A DNA stretch of 44,857 bases. Origin: Clostridia bacterium. GTDB lineage: Bacteria > Bacillota > Clostridia > Oscillospirales > CAG-272. The stretch spans positions 1-44,857 of the forward strand of contig JAFULU010000002.1 in assembly GCA_017483125.1 (NCBI GenBank), read 5' to 3'. The translations under genes and the position numbers were made by a program. How positions within the stretch are numbered: position 1 is the stretch's first letter; every line of letters starts with the position of its first letter. This document shows, in pieces, positions 17,029 through 26,327 of the stretch. Below the pieces are notes generated by a model that worked only from the letters and a program-made list of their open reading frames with translations, made no database searches and was not told the origin of the DNA.

Positions 17029-17976
17029 TTACAGATTTCGCAGGGCGAAATCGTAGAAGTTCTTCCAGTAGAGCTTATGAATCAGCTCGTCGGTGTAGTT
17101 GTGGCGGGCCATGATCTCGGCCACTTGGGTCAGATCCTGCACACCGCCAAAGCCCTGGGGCAGATCGGTGCCGTCCCAATCCGCGCCGAAGCCCACCAGA
17201 TCCTCACCGCCCAGAGACAGGTAGTAATCCACGTGGGCGAAGACGTCCTCGGCGGTAGCGGGGCGGACCGAGCAATCGGTGAGATGGGAAGGGCAGAGGC
17301 TGACACCCACGATACCGCCAAGCTCCTTGATGACCGCGAAGTGGCGGTCACGGAGGTTGCGGGTGTGGGGGTAGAGGGTATGGGAATTGGAATGGGTGGC
17401 GATGAAGGGCTTGCCGAACTCGTAGGCAATGGGAATGAGATCGTCCACCGACTGCTCCGAGGCGTGGGAGACGTCGGGGATGATGCCCAGCTCAAAGGAG
17501 CGGCGGGACAAGGCCTTACCGTAGTCGGTGAGCCCGTTCTCGGTGTTATGAGAGCCGCCGATGCAGGTGTCCCCGCCCCACAGAAGGGTGAGATATCTGA
17601 CTCCGAGCACCTTCATTTCATCCAGCCTTGCCAGATCTCCTGCGGTCAGTCGGGCATCCTCCACGGCCAGAATGGCGGCGTGCTTACCCGTGCTTACGGC
17701 GGCCTCCAGATCAGAGGCGTTCATGACCTGTACCGCCTTTTCAGGTATACGGGCCAGCTCGGCCTTGAAATTGGCCGCGATCTTGAGAAAATCCTGCCAG
17801 CAGGCCTCGTCGTCCAGACGGCGGTTGGACCAGACGGCGTAGTACTGGGCGTATCGGTCGTAAGCCTCGGCCTTGTCCAGGGAAATATGACAGCAGTCGT
17901 TGGCGTCCAGATGAACGCCGCGGTGGTACAGCTCGTAGGCGGTATCGCAATGGGTATCAAAGAGGGAAAGCTTCAT
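17029..17976 (-). CDS. Membrane dipeptidase family (peptidase M19)
   Basis: LFDTHCDTAYEL and ATHSNSH metal-ligand motifs. Confidence 0.85.
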   Translation of the reverse strand: MKLSLFDTHCDTAYELYHRGVHLDANDCCHISLDKAEAYDRYAQYYAVWSNRRLDDEACWQDFLKIAANFKAELARIPEKAVQVMNASDLEAAVSTGKHAAILAVEDARLTAGDLARLDEMKVLGVRYLTLLWGGDTCIGGSHNTENGLTDYGKALSRRSFELGIIPDVSHASEQSVDDLIPIAYEFGKPFIATHSNSHTLYPHTRNLRDRHFAVIKELGGIVGVSLCPSHLTDCSVRPATAEDVFAHVDYYLSLGGEDLVGFGADWDGTDLPQGFGGVQDLTQVAEIMARHNYTDELIHKLYWKNFYDFALRNL

Positions 17977-17998
17977 GGTTGTCGGCTCCTTTCGGAAA

Positions 17999-18412
17999 TC
18001 AACGCCCCGCGTATGCGGCGGGAAAGATCAAGATCTCGGTGACGGTATCGGTGCCGTCGGGAAGTTTGGTCATGTAGACCTCGGCCACGTCAATACGGGG
18101 CTGAAGGTGGGTGGGGTGCTCGCGGAGGTAATCCTCGGCGGCCTTCCGCATCCGTGCCCGCTTTTCTTTATTGATGGCGGCGGCGGGACGGCCAAAGCGG
18201 GTAGGGGTGTTCGGGGCGGTGTGCCTCGTCTTGACCTCCACGAAGACCAGATGTGTCTCATTTTGGAGGATCAGGTCGATTTCATTGTGTGACAGATGGA
18301 GGTTGCGCGCCACCACCGAAAAGCCCATCTCGGCGTACCTTTTGGTCACGGCGTCCTCACCGATACGGCCGATCCGTTGACGGTGGGTCTTTGTATCCAA
18401 AGGATTACTCAT
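17999..18412 (-). CDS. yraN: YraN-family (UPF0102) endonuclease
   Basis: NEIDLILQNETHLVFVEVKTR; position downstream of rnhB. Confidence 0.88.
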   Translation of the reverse strand: MSNPLDTKTHRQRIGRIGEDAVTKRYAEMGFSVVARNLHLSHNEIDLILQNETHLVFVEVKTRHTAPNTPTRFGRPAAAINKEKRARMRKAAEDYLREHPTHLQPRIDVAEVYMTKLPDGTDTVTEILIFPAAYAGR

Positions 18413-19034
18413 GGGTATCCTCGTTCAGAAAGCGGATGAACTTGGTGCGGTGAATGGGGGAGGGGCCGTGCACGCGCAGGGCGGCCATATGCTCCTTGGT
18501 GCCGTATCCCTTGTGCTTGGCGATGCCGTACTGGGGGTAGGCCTTGTCCATATCCTCGCACATACGGTCTCTCGTGACCTTGGCCAGGATGGAGGCCGCC
18601 GCGATGGACATGGAGAGGGAATCACCCTTCACCACGGCGCGGGCGGGAAGCTGGAAATCACGGTCGATATTGCCGTCGATCAGAGCGAAATCCGCCTTGT
18701 AGGGAGTACCGTCGGGAGTATGGAGACTATCAATGGCGCGGCGCATGGCCAGAAGGTCTGCCTCCAGGATGTTCAGCTGATTGATCTCCTCCACCGTACC
18801 CTCGGCGATACCGTAGGCGATGGCCTTTTCCTTGATGAGGTCAAAGAGCTTATCCCGCTTCTTGGGGGTGAGCTTTTTGGAATCGTTCAGCTCGGGGATA
18901 TCCAGCCCGTCGGGGAGGATGCAGGCGGCGGCTACCACAGACCCGCAGAGAGGCCCTCGCCCCGCCTCGTCCACACCGCAGACCACCGCGTAGCCCTCGT
19001 CGTGAAGGGCTCTTTCCATGTCGTAGGAGGGCAT
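18405..19034 (-). CDS. rnhB: Ribonuclease HII
   Basis: VCGVDEAGRGPLCGSVVAAA; overlaps yraN by 8 nt. Confidence 0.95.
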   Translation of the reverse strand: MPSYDMERALHDEGYAVVCGVDEAGRGPLCGSVVAAACILPDGLDIPELNDSKKLTPKKRDKLFDLIKEKAIAYGIAEGTVEEINQLNILEADLLAMRRAIDSLHTPDGTPYKADFALIDGNIDRDFQLPARAVVKGDSLSMSIAAASILAKVTRDRMCEDMDKAYPQYGIAKHKGYGTKEHMAALRVHGPSPIHRTKFIRFLNEDTHE

Positions 19035-19979
19035 TTACGCGTCCTCCTTCTCGGTTGCTTCGGGCTGCTCGGCGGGTTTCTCGGGCTCGGGCGTGGGCTC
19101 TGTCTTCTCGGGAGTGGGCAGAGAATCAATGGTCATGCGGCCGATCTTGGCGGCGCGGAACTCGTCAATGAGGAGGTTGGAGACACGCTCGGTGTCCACG
19201 ATGCCCCCGGGGATGAGACAGCCCCGCTTTTTGCCGATGAGGGTCAGAAGCTGGAGCTCGGTCATGTCCTGCCAGCCGTCCTGATCGGTGATCTTGAATC
19301 GTGCGCATAATTCTGCGGGGTACAGCTCACGAAGCCTCCCCGCCAGCTTGACGGCCAGATGCTCAATATCCAGAATATCGTCGCGGATGGCACCCGTAAA
19401 GGCCAGATTCTCCCCGATGGTCTGATCCTCAAACTTGGGCCAGAGCACACCGGGCATATCCAGAAGATCAATCCCGATCTTGGTGGTGACCCATTGCTTG
19501 TCGCGGGTGACGCCGGGGCGGTTCTCGGTCTTGGCCTTGGTGGCACCGCTCATGCGGTTGATGAGGGTGGACTTACCCACGTTGGGGACACCCACCACCA
19601 TGGCCCGTAGGTGCCGTCCCGCCTGGCCCTTCTCCTCGTAACGCTCCACGCGGTCCTTGAGGACGGTGCGGATGGCCTCGGGGAGGCGGTTCAGTCCCTC
19701 ACCCGTGACACAGTCGCAGAGGATGCAGACGGTATGAGCGTCGGTGTAGAGCTTGACGAACTCCTTATTCTTCTTGGGGTCAGCCAGAGAGGCCTTGTTG
19801 AGGAGCAGAATGGTGGGCTTATCACCCGTCATCTTCCGCAGCTCGGGGTTACGGGAGCTGACGGGCACGCGGGCGTCCAGCACCTCGATGATGATATGCA
19901 CGTTTTTGAGGTTCTCGGTGATCAGACGGCGGGTCTTCGCCATATGTCCGGGGAACCATTGGATGTGTTCGCTGGGCAT
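19035..19979 (-). CDS. rbgA: Ribosome biogenesis GTPase A (YlqF/RbgA) with a PE-rich C-terminal tail
   Basis: IQWFPGHMAKTRR; circularly permuted GTPase (LNKASLADP then VGVPNVGKSTLINR). Confidence 0.94.
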   Translation of the reverse strand: MPSEHIQWFPGHMAKTRRLITENLKNVHIIIEVLDARVPVSSRNPELRKMTGDKPTILLLNKASLADPKKNKEFVKLYTDAHTVCILCDCVTGEGLNRLPEAIRTVLKDRVERYEEKGQAGRHLRAMVVGVPNVGKSTLINRMSGATKAKTENRPGVTRDKQWVTTKIGIDLLDMPGVLWPKFEDQTIGENLAFTGAIRDDILDIEHLAVKLAGRLRELYPAELCARFKITDQDGWQDMTELQLLTLIGKKRGCLIPGGIVDTERVSNLLIDEFRAAKIGRMTIDSLPTPEKTEPTPEPEKPAEQPEATEKEDA

Positions 19980-19994
19980 GGATCTACCTCCAAA

Positions 19995-20621
19995 TCATTC
20001 GTATACGGTCCAGGGCTTCAGTCGGCAGACCACCTTGCCCAACACACGGCGGGCATCCACAAAGCTGACCTCGCGGGAGCGGCTGTCCAGAGAGTTGTTG
20101 CGGTTGTCTCCCATGACGAAGTAGCAGCCCTCGGGGACGGTGGCCTCAAAGATCCCCGTGGAGTGGTCAAAGCCGTAGCCGGGGGACTGGGTCCAGCGGC
20201 CGATATCCTGACCGGTGCGGTCCAGCAGATGGCAGTGGGGATCCTCCTGCAGGACTCCGTCCACGTAGACCTCGTCCTTGGCGTAGTCGATACGGACGGT
20301 CTGTCCCTCGGTGGCGATGATGCGCTTGACCAGAGGTTCATTGAGAGCGGTGTAGGTCTCACTGGTCTGGTGGAAGACCACGATATCACCCGTCTCGGGG
20401 GAAACAAGATTGGTGGTGATGAGCATTTCACCGTTGTAGAGAGTATTGCGCATGGAGGAGCCGTTGACCTTACACAGGCGGCCGCAGAGGGTAAAGAGGA
20501 TCAGCACGGCGCAGACCGAAAAGACAAGGATCTCCAGGTAGTCAAAGAGGAAGGAAATGAAGCTCTCCTTTTTCTCGGGAGCGGGGGTCTCTTGGGTCTC
20601 AATTACTGTATTTTCTGCCAT
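19995..20621 (-). CDS. lepB: Signal peptidase I
   Basis: VNGSSMRNTLYNGEMLI, GDNRNNSLDSR, N-terminal TM. Confidence 0.94.
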   Translation of the reverse strand: MAENTVIETQETPAPEKKESFISFLFDYLEILVFSVCAVLILFTLCGRLCKVNGSSMRNTLYNGEMLITTNLVSPETGDIVVFHQTSETYTALNEPLVKRIIATEGQTVRIDYAKDEVYVDGVLQEDPHCHLLDRTGQDIGRWTQSPGYGFDHSTGIFEATVPEGCYFVMGDNRNNSLDSRSREVSFVDARRVLGKVVCRLKPWTVYE

Positions 20622-20822
20622 TGAGGGGTCACTCCTTGAAAAAATTATTCATTATAGTATAGCATATTTGCGGAGAAAAAGCAAGAGGTGGAGGGGATTT
20701 TCAAAATCTTTTTTGCGATTTTTCCGCATTATCTTGTTTTTTATGCTATAATGGTGGGTAGAACGCAACCTGTACCAACCGAAAACTGTCTATAGGGTTG
20801 ATCACATAAAAAGGAGGTTTCC

Positions 20823-21374
20823 ATGGAAGACAATGAGATCGTCGCTCTGTACTGGGAGCGAAACGAAACCGCAATCGCTGAAACCGAGAAAAAGTACGGA
20901 AGGTACTGCTACGTCATCGCCTACAACGTCCTCTACTGCCACGAGGACGCCGAGGAGTGCGTCAACGACACCTATCTGCGGGCGTGGGAGACCATACCGC
21001 CCCAAAGACCAAACGCGCTCAACGCCTATCTAGGAAAGATCACCCGCAACATGGCTCTCAACCGCTACGAGTACATCCACGCCGACAAAAGAGATCCCCG
21101 CGTCACCGAGATCTACGACGAGTCAGCCTTCGCACTGGCGGATCGGAACACCGACCCGCTGGATGAGATCGCCCTGAAGGACGCGGTCAATTCCTTTCTG
21201 GCCGCACTCCCCGCGGAGCACAGGACCGTCTTCATCCGTCGGTACTGGTACATGAGTGAGGTGGCGGCCATCGCCAAGGATTACCGCATCCCCGAGGGGA
21301 CGGTCAAATCCATCCTCTCCCGTACACGGAAGAAATTCCAAAAGCATCTGGAAAAGGAGGGAATCCACCTATGA
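20823..21374 (+). CDS. ECF-type sigma-70 family RNA polymerase sigma factor
   Basis: Region 2 DAEECVNDTYLRAWE; region 4 HTH IPEGTVKSILSRTRKKF; 183 aa. Confidence 0.88.
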   Translation: MEDNEIVALYWERNETAIAETEKKYGRYCYVIAYNVLYCHEDAEECVNDTYLRAWETIPPQRPNALNAYLGKITRNMALNRYEYIHADKRDPRVTEIYDESAFALADRNTDPLDEIALKDAVNSFLAALPAEHRTVFIRRYWYMSEVAAIAKDYRIPEGTVKSILSRTRKKFQKHLEKEGIHL

Positions 21375-22705
21375 AGGAAAACATATTGATGAAATCCATG
21401 GGCCTTGTGGATGATGAATATATCGCCGAAGCCGCTCCCGCCGCCGCCAAGCCCATGACCCGTATCCGTCGCAAGATCATACACAAATACATATCCCTCG
21501 CCGCCTGCCTTGCCGCTGTGCTGATCCTCGGGCAGGACGTGCTGGTCTCCCTGCGCCTGATTCCCACGGCAGTGCATATCCTCCCCCAATATACCGCAAG
21601 CGGTCTGGCCGCCCTCATGAACGGAGGCGGGCCGATGGACGGTACACCCACCAACGCCTATGAGACCGTCTACGCCCCGACGGGTGTGGACCCCACCGTC
21701 AGTCCCATTCCCGATTCCCGCTTTACCAAGGTATACGCGGGGACCTTCTCGGCTCTGCCTCTGAACAAGAAGAGCTTTGGTGATTTCACAGATGATATTC
21801 TTTCCCGTCTCGCGCCCGCCTTGGGAACCGCCGTCCCCGCCTTTACGGTGAAAGAGGACAGCTCCTCATGGGGACGCAGTTGGCTACACGCAGGCTCCGC
21901 CAAGGATGCGACCCTTGGGGTAGAGTGGATCGTTGCGCAGGATGCCCAAAGGCAGGAGTTCACCTTCACCCGCTACGAAAAACAGCCCATGATCCTGAAC
22001 GGGAAGACGGTGGAGGTGGATTTCAGCATGACCGACGAGGAAATGCGGGAGGCTTTGGTGCCTCTGCGGGATGAATTGTTCGGAATTTTCGGCGTCTCCT
22101 TCAAGGACATCCGCATCGACCGTACCTACAACGGCTATTCCTCCTTTGGCTCGGACCGTCTGACTGTCATCTTTTACAACGAGGACGAGCACCCCTTGAA
22201 TCGGTACAGCTCCATACCCCTGTCGGATCACCTGGAGATCCAAGTTTCTATCTCGGGCAAGGCGACCGACCCCGTTTCCCAAAACTGCATTGTCACCTAC
22301 TGTCAGTACCGTATCCCCGCCAAGCTTCGCTACACCGTATCCCAGGTGCTTCCCACGGTATCCCTGTCCCGTGCCGAGGAGCTTTTGGCGAAGGGCTACG
22401 TCTTCGGGAATCACGTATGCGAGCTTTGCATGGCGGCACAGGATAAGATCGACTTTGAAAGCTACGATTACGTGGGCTTGACCTACCATTCATCCAACCA
22501 CCTTCTGTCGGATACCGTCAAGGAGGCGGTGCCGTTCTACGCCTTCTACAAGAAGCTGGAGGACACCGAAAACGGCTTGACCCGCTACGCCGTGACCTAC
22601 GTCCCCGCCGTCCACGTGGTCGGATACGAGTCCTACTTCAAAAAGCAGAAGGACATCCACAGAGAGATGATCACAACGTCGGAGACACCGAGCGAAGAGC
22701 CGTGA
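21371..22705 (+). CDS. Putative anti-sigma factor: about 40-aa cytoplasmic N-terminus, one TM, about 380-aa extracytoplasmic domain of unknown fold
   Basis: ATGA overlap with the sigma gene. N-terminal MGLVDDEYIAEA motif. TM YISLAACLAAVLILG. No HxxxCxxC (ZAS) motif. Confidence 0.6.
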   Translation: MKENILMKSMGLVDDEYIAEAAPAAAKPMTRIRRKIIHKYISLAACLAAVLILGQDVLVSLRLIPTAVHILPQYTASGLAALMNGGGPMDGTPTNAYETVYAPTGVDPTVSPIPDSRFTKVYAGTFSALPLNKKSFGDFTDDILSRLAPALGTAVPAFTVKEDSSSWGRSWLHAGSAKDATLGVEWIVAQDAQRQEFTFTRYEKQPMILNGKTVEVDFSMTDEEMREALVPLRDELFGIFGVSFKDIRIDRTYNGYSSFGSDRLTVIFYNEDEHPLNRYSSIPLSDHLEIQVSISGKATDPVSQNCIVTYCQYRIPAKLRYTVSQVLPTVSLSRAEELLAKGYVFGNHVCELCMAAQDKIDFESYDYVGLTYHSSNHLLSDTVKEAVPFYAFYKKLEDTENGLTRYAVTYVPAVHVVGYESYFKKQKDIHREMITTSETPSEEP

Positions 22706-22809
22706 TCCGAGGGAAAAGGAAAATTTATAAACAGTTTACGGAAATATGGTAGACTCTTTTTGGCAGATCATGTACAATACTGTCATACCCTTACCGAAAG
22801 GAGGCTACC

Positions 22810-23586
22810 ATGTCTCAGAATACCAATTTTCCCGCCATCCCCCCCGAGCAGCTGGTGGATCTGCTCCGCCAAAGCCCCGTCATGAACGCCTTTTACGACC
22901 GCGCCAAGACCATGATGTGGTCCATGGTGCAGTATAAAGAACTGCAAATGCTCTACTCCTGCGCCTTAAAGGAGATCCAGACCAAGTTTGAGGTCCTGGA
23001 CACCGAGTTCAAGCTGGAATACAACCGCGACCCCATCTCCTCCATCTCCACCCGTCTGAAGCGCACCGAAAGCGTGATGGACAAGCTGGAGCGCAAGGGC
23101 CTGCCCTTCACCCTCGCCTCCATTGAGGAGAACATTCACGATATGGCGGGGATCCGTGTCATCTGCTCCTACATCGACGATATTTACCTCATCGCTGACG
23201 CCCTGCTCCGCCAGGACGACATCACCCTCATCGCCCGCAAGGACTACATCGAGCACCCCAAGGACAACGGCTACCGCTCCCTCCATCTCATCGTGGAGGT
23301 GCCCGTGTTCCTCACCAATCACAAGAAATCCATGAAGGTGGAGGTGCAGATCCGTACCATCGCCATGGATTTCTGGGCCAGCCTGGAGCACCAGATGAAG
23401 TACAAGCAGGAGATCCCCGACGAGGAGGCCATCATGGCCGAGCTGCGGGACTGCGCCGCCGTGATCCGCGAGACCGATGAGCGTATGCTGGCCATCCGCC
23501 GCCGTATCGAGGCCGCCGCCGACGCCCCTACCGAGGAGGAGCTGCTGTTCGATAAGCTGGCGAGGTTTGATATTCCCATTCAGTGA
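22810..23586 (+). CDS. Small alarmone synthetase (RelP/RelQ-type GTP pyrophosphokinase)
   Basis: DMAGIRVICSYIDDIY, NGYRSLHLIV, VEVQIRTIAMDFWASLEHQMKYK; no hydrolase or TGS domains. Confidence 0.9.
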   Translation: MSQNTNFPAIPPEQLVDLLRQSPVMNAFYDRAKTMMWSMVQYKELQMLYSCALKEIQTKFEVLDTEFKLEYNRDPISSISTRLKRTESVMDKLERKGLPFTLASIEENIHDMAGIRVICSYIDDIYLIADALLRQDDITLIARKDYIEHPKDNGYRSLHLIVEVPVFLTNHKKSMKVEVQIRTIAMDFWASLEHQMKYKQEIPDEEAIMAELRDCAAVIRETDERMLAIRRRIEAAADAPTEEELLFDKLARFDIPIQ

Positions 23587-23704
23587 TATTCTGCAAAGAA
23601 AACGCCAAGTGCAACCGTTGGTTGCGGAATTTTCAAGCCGTCTTGGTGGCTTTTCTCCCGTATTTCTGGTATACTGACTCCATCAAACCAAGGAGGTCCA
23701 AGCC

Positions 23705-24682
23705 ATGACCCAAAGCCTCGGTCAACGCATCTATCAGTATCGGCGAGCAAACGGAATGTCGCAGGAGGATCTGGCCGAAAGCCTGAACGTCTCCCGCCAA
23801 TCCGTATCCAAGTGGGAGACCGACGGTTCCATCCCCGATCTGGATAAGCTCGTGGCTCTTTCAGAGCTGTTCGGAATCAGTCTGGAACAGCTGGTCAAGG
23901 GGGAGAGTATAGAAGAAATGAACCCCGAGCCCCCCATTGAGTGTAACAGCTGTCCAACAAAACAGCCACCACCCCCGACAGTACCTACCCCTGCCCCGGT
24001 CTCCAAGCATTTTTGGACGATCAAGCGAATCACAGGTCTTTCACTACTGGGCTTTTCACTGTTTTTTTCCTTCATTCTGTACTACGGCAACGCGGCCATC
24101 GGTGACATTCTGATCATAACCTCCCCCTTCTGGCTGTGCGGTGTGATCTGTATGACCATACAGAGGCATACGGGGCTGTGCTGTTGCTGGGGCGCTCTGA
24201 TCGGTGTTTTCTTCTACCTGTCCTACGGCAGTGTGTTTTCCTTCTATAACTTCAATCTCGTGAACACGGTCTACGCGTTCTTCCGTTTTAAGGAGGGCCC
24301 CCTTGCATACTGGTCTGACATGCACCCCACCGCTGTTGCTGTACAGGTGTTTTCATCATGTCTGACCATCGGCCTTATGGTTCTGACCGTGATTCGGTTC
24401 AGTAAAGACACCATCAAGGTCAATCGCCGCACGGTCACCCGTGCTCTCATTGCGGTCATTATTTTCACAATTCTCTATATCGGCATTCGTTTGTTCTATA
24501 TGGAAATGTACACGCTCTACTTTCAGGCCTCCAATGCTCCCACAAGCAACGGCTTCATCTCCTTGAGTCGGATCACGAACGTTTTGTCCATCATACTGAC
24601 CTTCATGCGTCCCGTCGCGTTTACCGCGCTTGCCTCGGTGCTCCTCTCCTTTTTGCGTGAGAAGCTGTCTGCAGAAAAATAA
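23705..24682 (+). CDS. Membrane-tethered XRE-family HTH regulator (HTH, Pro-rich linker, about 6 TM helices)
   Basis: MSQEDLAESLNVSRQSVSKWETDGSIPD; linker PPPPTVPTPAP; hydrophobic C-terminal two-thirds. Confidence 0.85.
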   Translation: MTQSLGQRIYQYRRANGMSQEDLAESLNVSRQSVSKWETDGSIPDLDKLVALSELFGISLEQLVKGESIEEMNPEPPIECNSCPTKQPPPPTVPTPAPVSKHFWTIKRITGLSLLGFSLFFSFILYYGNAAIGDILIITSPFWLCGVICMTIQRHTGLCCCWGALIGVFFYLSYGSVFSFYNFNLVNTVYAFFRFKEGPLAYWSDMHPTAVAVQVFSSCLTIGLMVLTVIRFSKDTIKVNRRTVTRALIAVIIFTILYIGIRLFYMEMYTLYFQASNAPTSNGFISLSRITNVLSIILTFMRPVAFTALASVLLSFLREKLSAEK

Positions 24683-24698
24683 CCCTCGTAAAAACAGA

Positions 24699-24731
24699 GA
24701 ATCCACCCATTTTCGGAGTGGATTCTTTTTT
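24699..24731. terminator. Bidirectional terminator between the convergent genes
   Basis: gaatccac-ccattttcgga-gtggattc followed by tttttt. Confidence 0.75.
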
Positions 24732-24739
24732 CATAGGGA

Positions 24740-25693
24740 TCATAGAGAAACGATCCATTGTGCCACCAAAAGCACGATGGGCATGGTCCCCACCGACAAG
24801 AGGGATGAGGTGCCCACCGTCTGGGAGGCGTATCCCGCGTTCAGCCCGTAAATCTCCGAGAACATGGTGATGGAGGAGGCCGCGGGAAGTGCCGCTTCCA
24901 CCGTTGCGATCAGCACCATCTGGTCGGGCAGACCGATGAGCTTACACGCCACGCAGACCACCAGAGGGATGGCGATGAGCTTCATGAAGGAGAAATAGTA
25001 GATCTTGCCCGAGCCGAAGATCTGCTTGGCTGTTCTGGTGGCCAGCAGAGCACCCGTGATCAGAAGGGAGATGGGGGTGCAGAGGTTGGAGAGGTACATC
25101 ATGAACTTGGAGAGGAAGGCGGGGAGGACGAAGCCGGGGAAGGGAATGGCCAGCATATAGATCAGCACACCGATGAGGCAGGGAACCGAACCCAGATTGA
25201 TGAAGATCTTACGCACCGTCAGCTTGATGTCGGGCCGCTTTCTGGCCAGAATGGCGATGCCCCAGGACCAGATGAAGAGGTGGAAGCTGATGTTGTAGAA
25301 GGCGGCCAGGAACAAGCCCTTGGCGCCGAACAGAGCCTCCATGATGGGGAAGCCGATGAAGCCGCCGTTGGTGAACATCAAAGAAAACTCGGTGATCTTG
25401 CGCTCGTCAAGGTCCTTGAAGCCCTTGCAGAGGAAGAAGGCCATGACACCCATGACCGAGTGGAGCACCATACCCAAACCGATGATGATGAGACCGTCGG
25501 TGAGGTTCTCGTAGGAGAACTCCGCCTCGGTGAGTGCCGAGACGATCATCATGGGCTGGCCGATCTTGATGATGAGGGAGGAGAGCCGCTTGGAGGCCAC
25601 GTCGTCGATAATGCCCTTTTTGCGGGCGAAGAAGCCGCAGGCCATGAGGAGAAACATGGTGGCGATGATGGTGAGCAGTGCGGAGAAATTCAT
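24740..25693 (-). CDS. AEC (auxin efflux carrier) family permease
   Basis: About 10 TM segments; N-terminus MNFSALLTIIATMFLLMACGFFARKKGII is typical of the AEC family. Confidence 0.8.
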   Translation of the reverse strand: MNFSALLTIIATMFLLMACGFFARKKGIIDDVASKRLSSLIIKIGQPMMIVSALTEAEFSYENLTDGLIIIGLGMVLHSVMGVMAFFLCKGFKDLDERKITEFSLMFTNGGFIGFPIMEALFGAKGLFLAAFYNISFHLFIWSWGIAILARKRPDIKLTVRKIFINLGSVPCLIGVLIYMLAIPFPGFVLPAFLSKFMMYLSNLCTPISLLITGALLATRTAKQIFGSGKIYYFSFMKLIAIPLVVCVACKLIGLPDQMVLIATVEAALPAASSITMFSEIYGLNAGYASQTVGTSSLLSVGTMPIVLLVAQWIVSL

Positions 25694-25714
25694 ATTCGTT
25701 TCCTTTCGGGGATG

Positions 25715-26281
25715 TTACGCTTTTGTCAGAAGGTCCAGCTGTTCCTTGATGCGCTCCATGTCCAGAAGCATATCCTCCTTCTTGGAGGGGTCGCGCAGGA
25801 GTGCGGCGGGGTGGTAAACGGCGGTCATGAGCACGCCGCCCTTGCGGATAAACTGCCCGTGCTCGCGGGTGATGCGGTAGTCGGGCTTGATCAGCCGCAT
25901 GGCCGAGATACGACCCAGACAGACGATGATCCTGGGCTGAATGAGCCTTACCTGCTCCCGAAGATATCCGATGCAGGCGTCCTGCTCCTCGGGGTTCGGG
26001 TCGCGGTTCATGGGAGGACGGCATTTGAGGATGTTGGCGATGTAGACCGACTCACGGGGGATGCCCACCGCAAAAAGGTATCGGTCAAGGAGCTTGCCCG
26101 CCGCCCCCACGAAGGGGATGCCCTGCTCGTCCTCGGCTTGTCCCGGGGCTTCACCCACGAACATGAGATCGGCCTCACGGTTGCCCACACCGAAAACCAA
26201 ATTGGTGCGGGTCTTGCCGAGAGGACAGCCCCGGCAGCTCTCACAGCGGGATTTCAGATCATTCCACAAGGCTTCGGACAT
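25715..26281 (-). CDS. Family 4 uracil-DNA glycosylase
   Basis: CxxCxxC...GVGNREADLMFVGEAPGQAEDEQGIPFVGAAGKLL. Start moved to the ATG at 26281, which has ggagg 6 nt upstream. Confidence 0.88.
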   Translation of the reverse strand: MSEALWNDLKSRCESCRGCPLGKTRTNLVFGVGNREADLMFVGEAPGQAEDEQGIPFVGAAGKLLDRYLFAVGIPRESVYIANILKCRPPMNRDPNPEEQDACIGYLREQVRLIQPRIIVCLGRISAMRLIKPDYRITREHGQFIRKGGVLMTAVYHPAALLRDPSKKEDMLLDMERIKEQLDLLTKA

Positions 26282-26327
26282 GGTTGCCTCCATAACGTTC
26301 TCCCCGCATACAGAGATTTATCGCTGC

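Noticed and set aside
20761-20792. An auto-regulated ECF-type promoter (GAAC...TGTC) upstream of the sigma gene
   Set aside because: GAAC (20761-20764) and TGTC (20787-20790) are separated by 22 nt, too far for typical ECF promoters (about 16-17 nt). A sigma-A-like TGcTATAAT element lies just upstream instead. Not supportable from sequence alone.
22810-23586. The alarmone synthetase as a toxSAS toxin-antitoxin module
   Set aside because: The sequence looks like housekeeping RelP/RelQ (full set of synthetase motifs, about 258 aa). It has its own promoter and double terminator, and no small overlapping antitoxin ORF lies on either side. The neighbours are a 444-aa anti-sigma candidate and a 325-aa XRE membrane protein, each separately transcribed.
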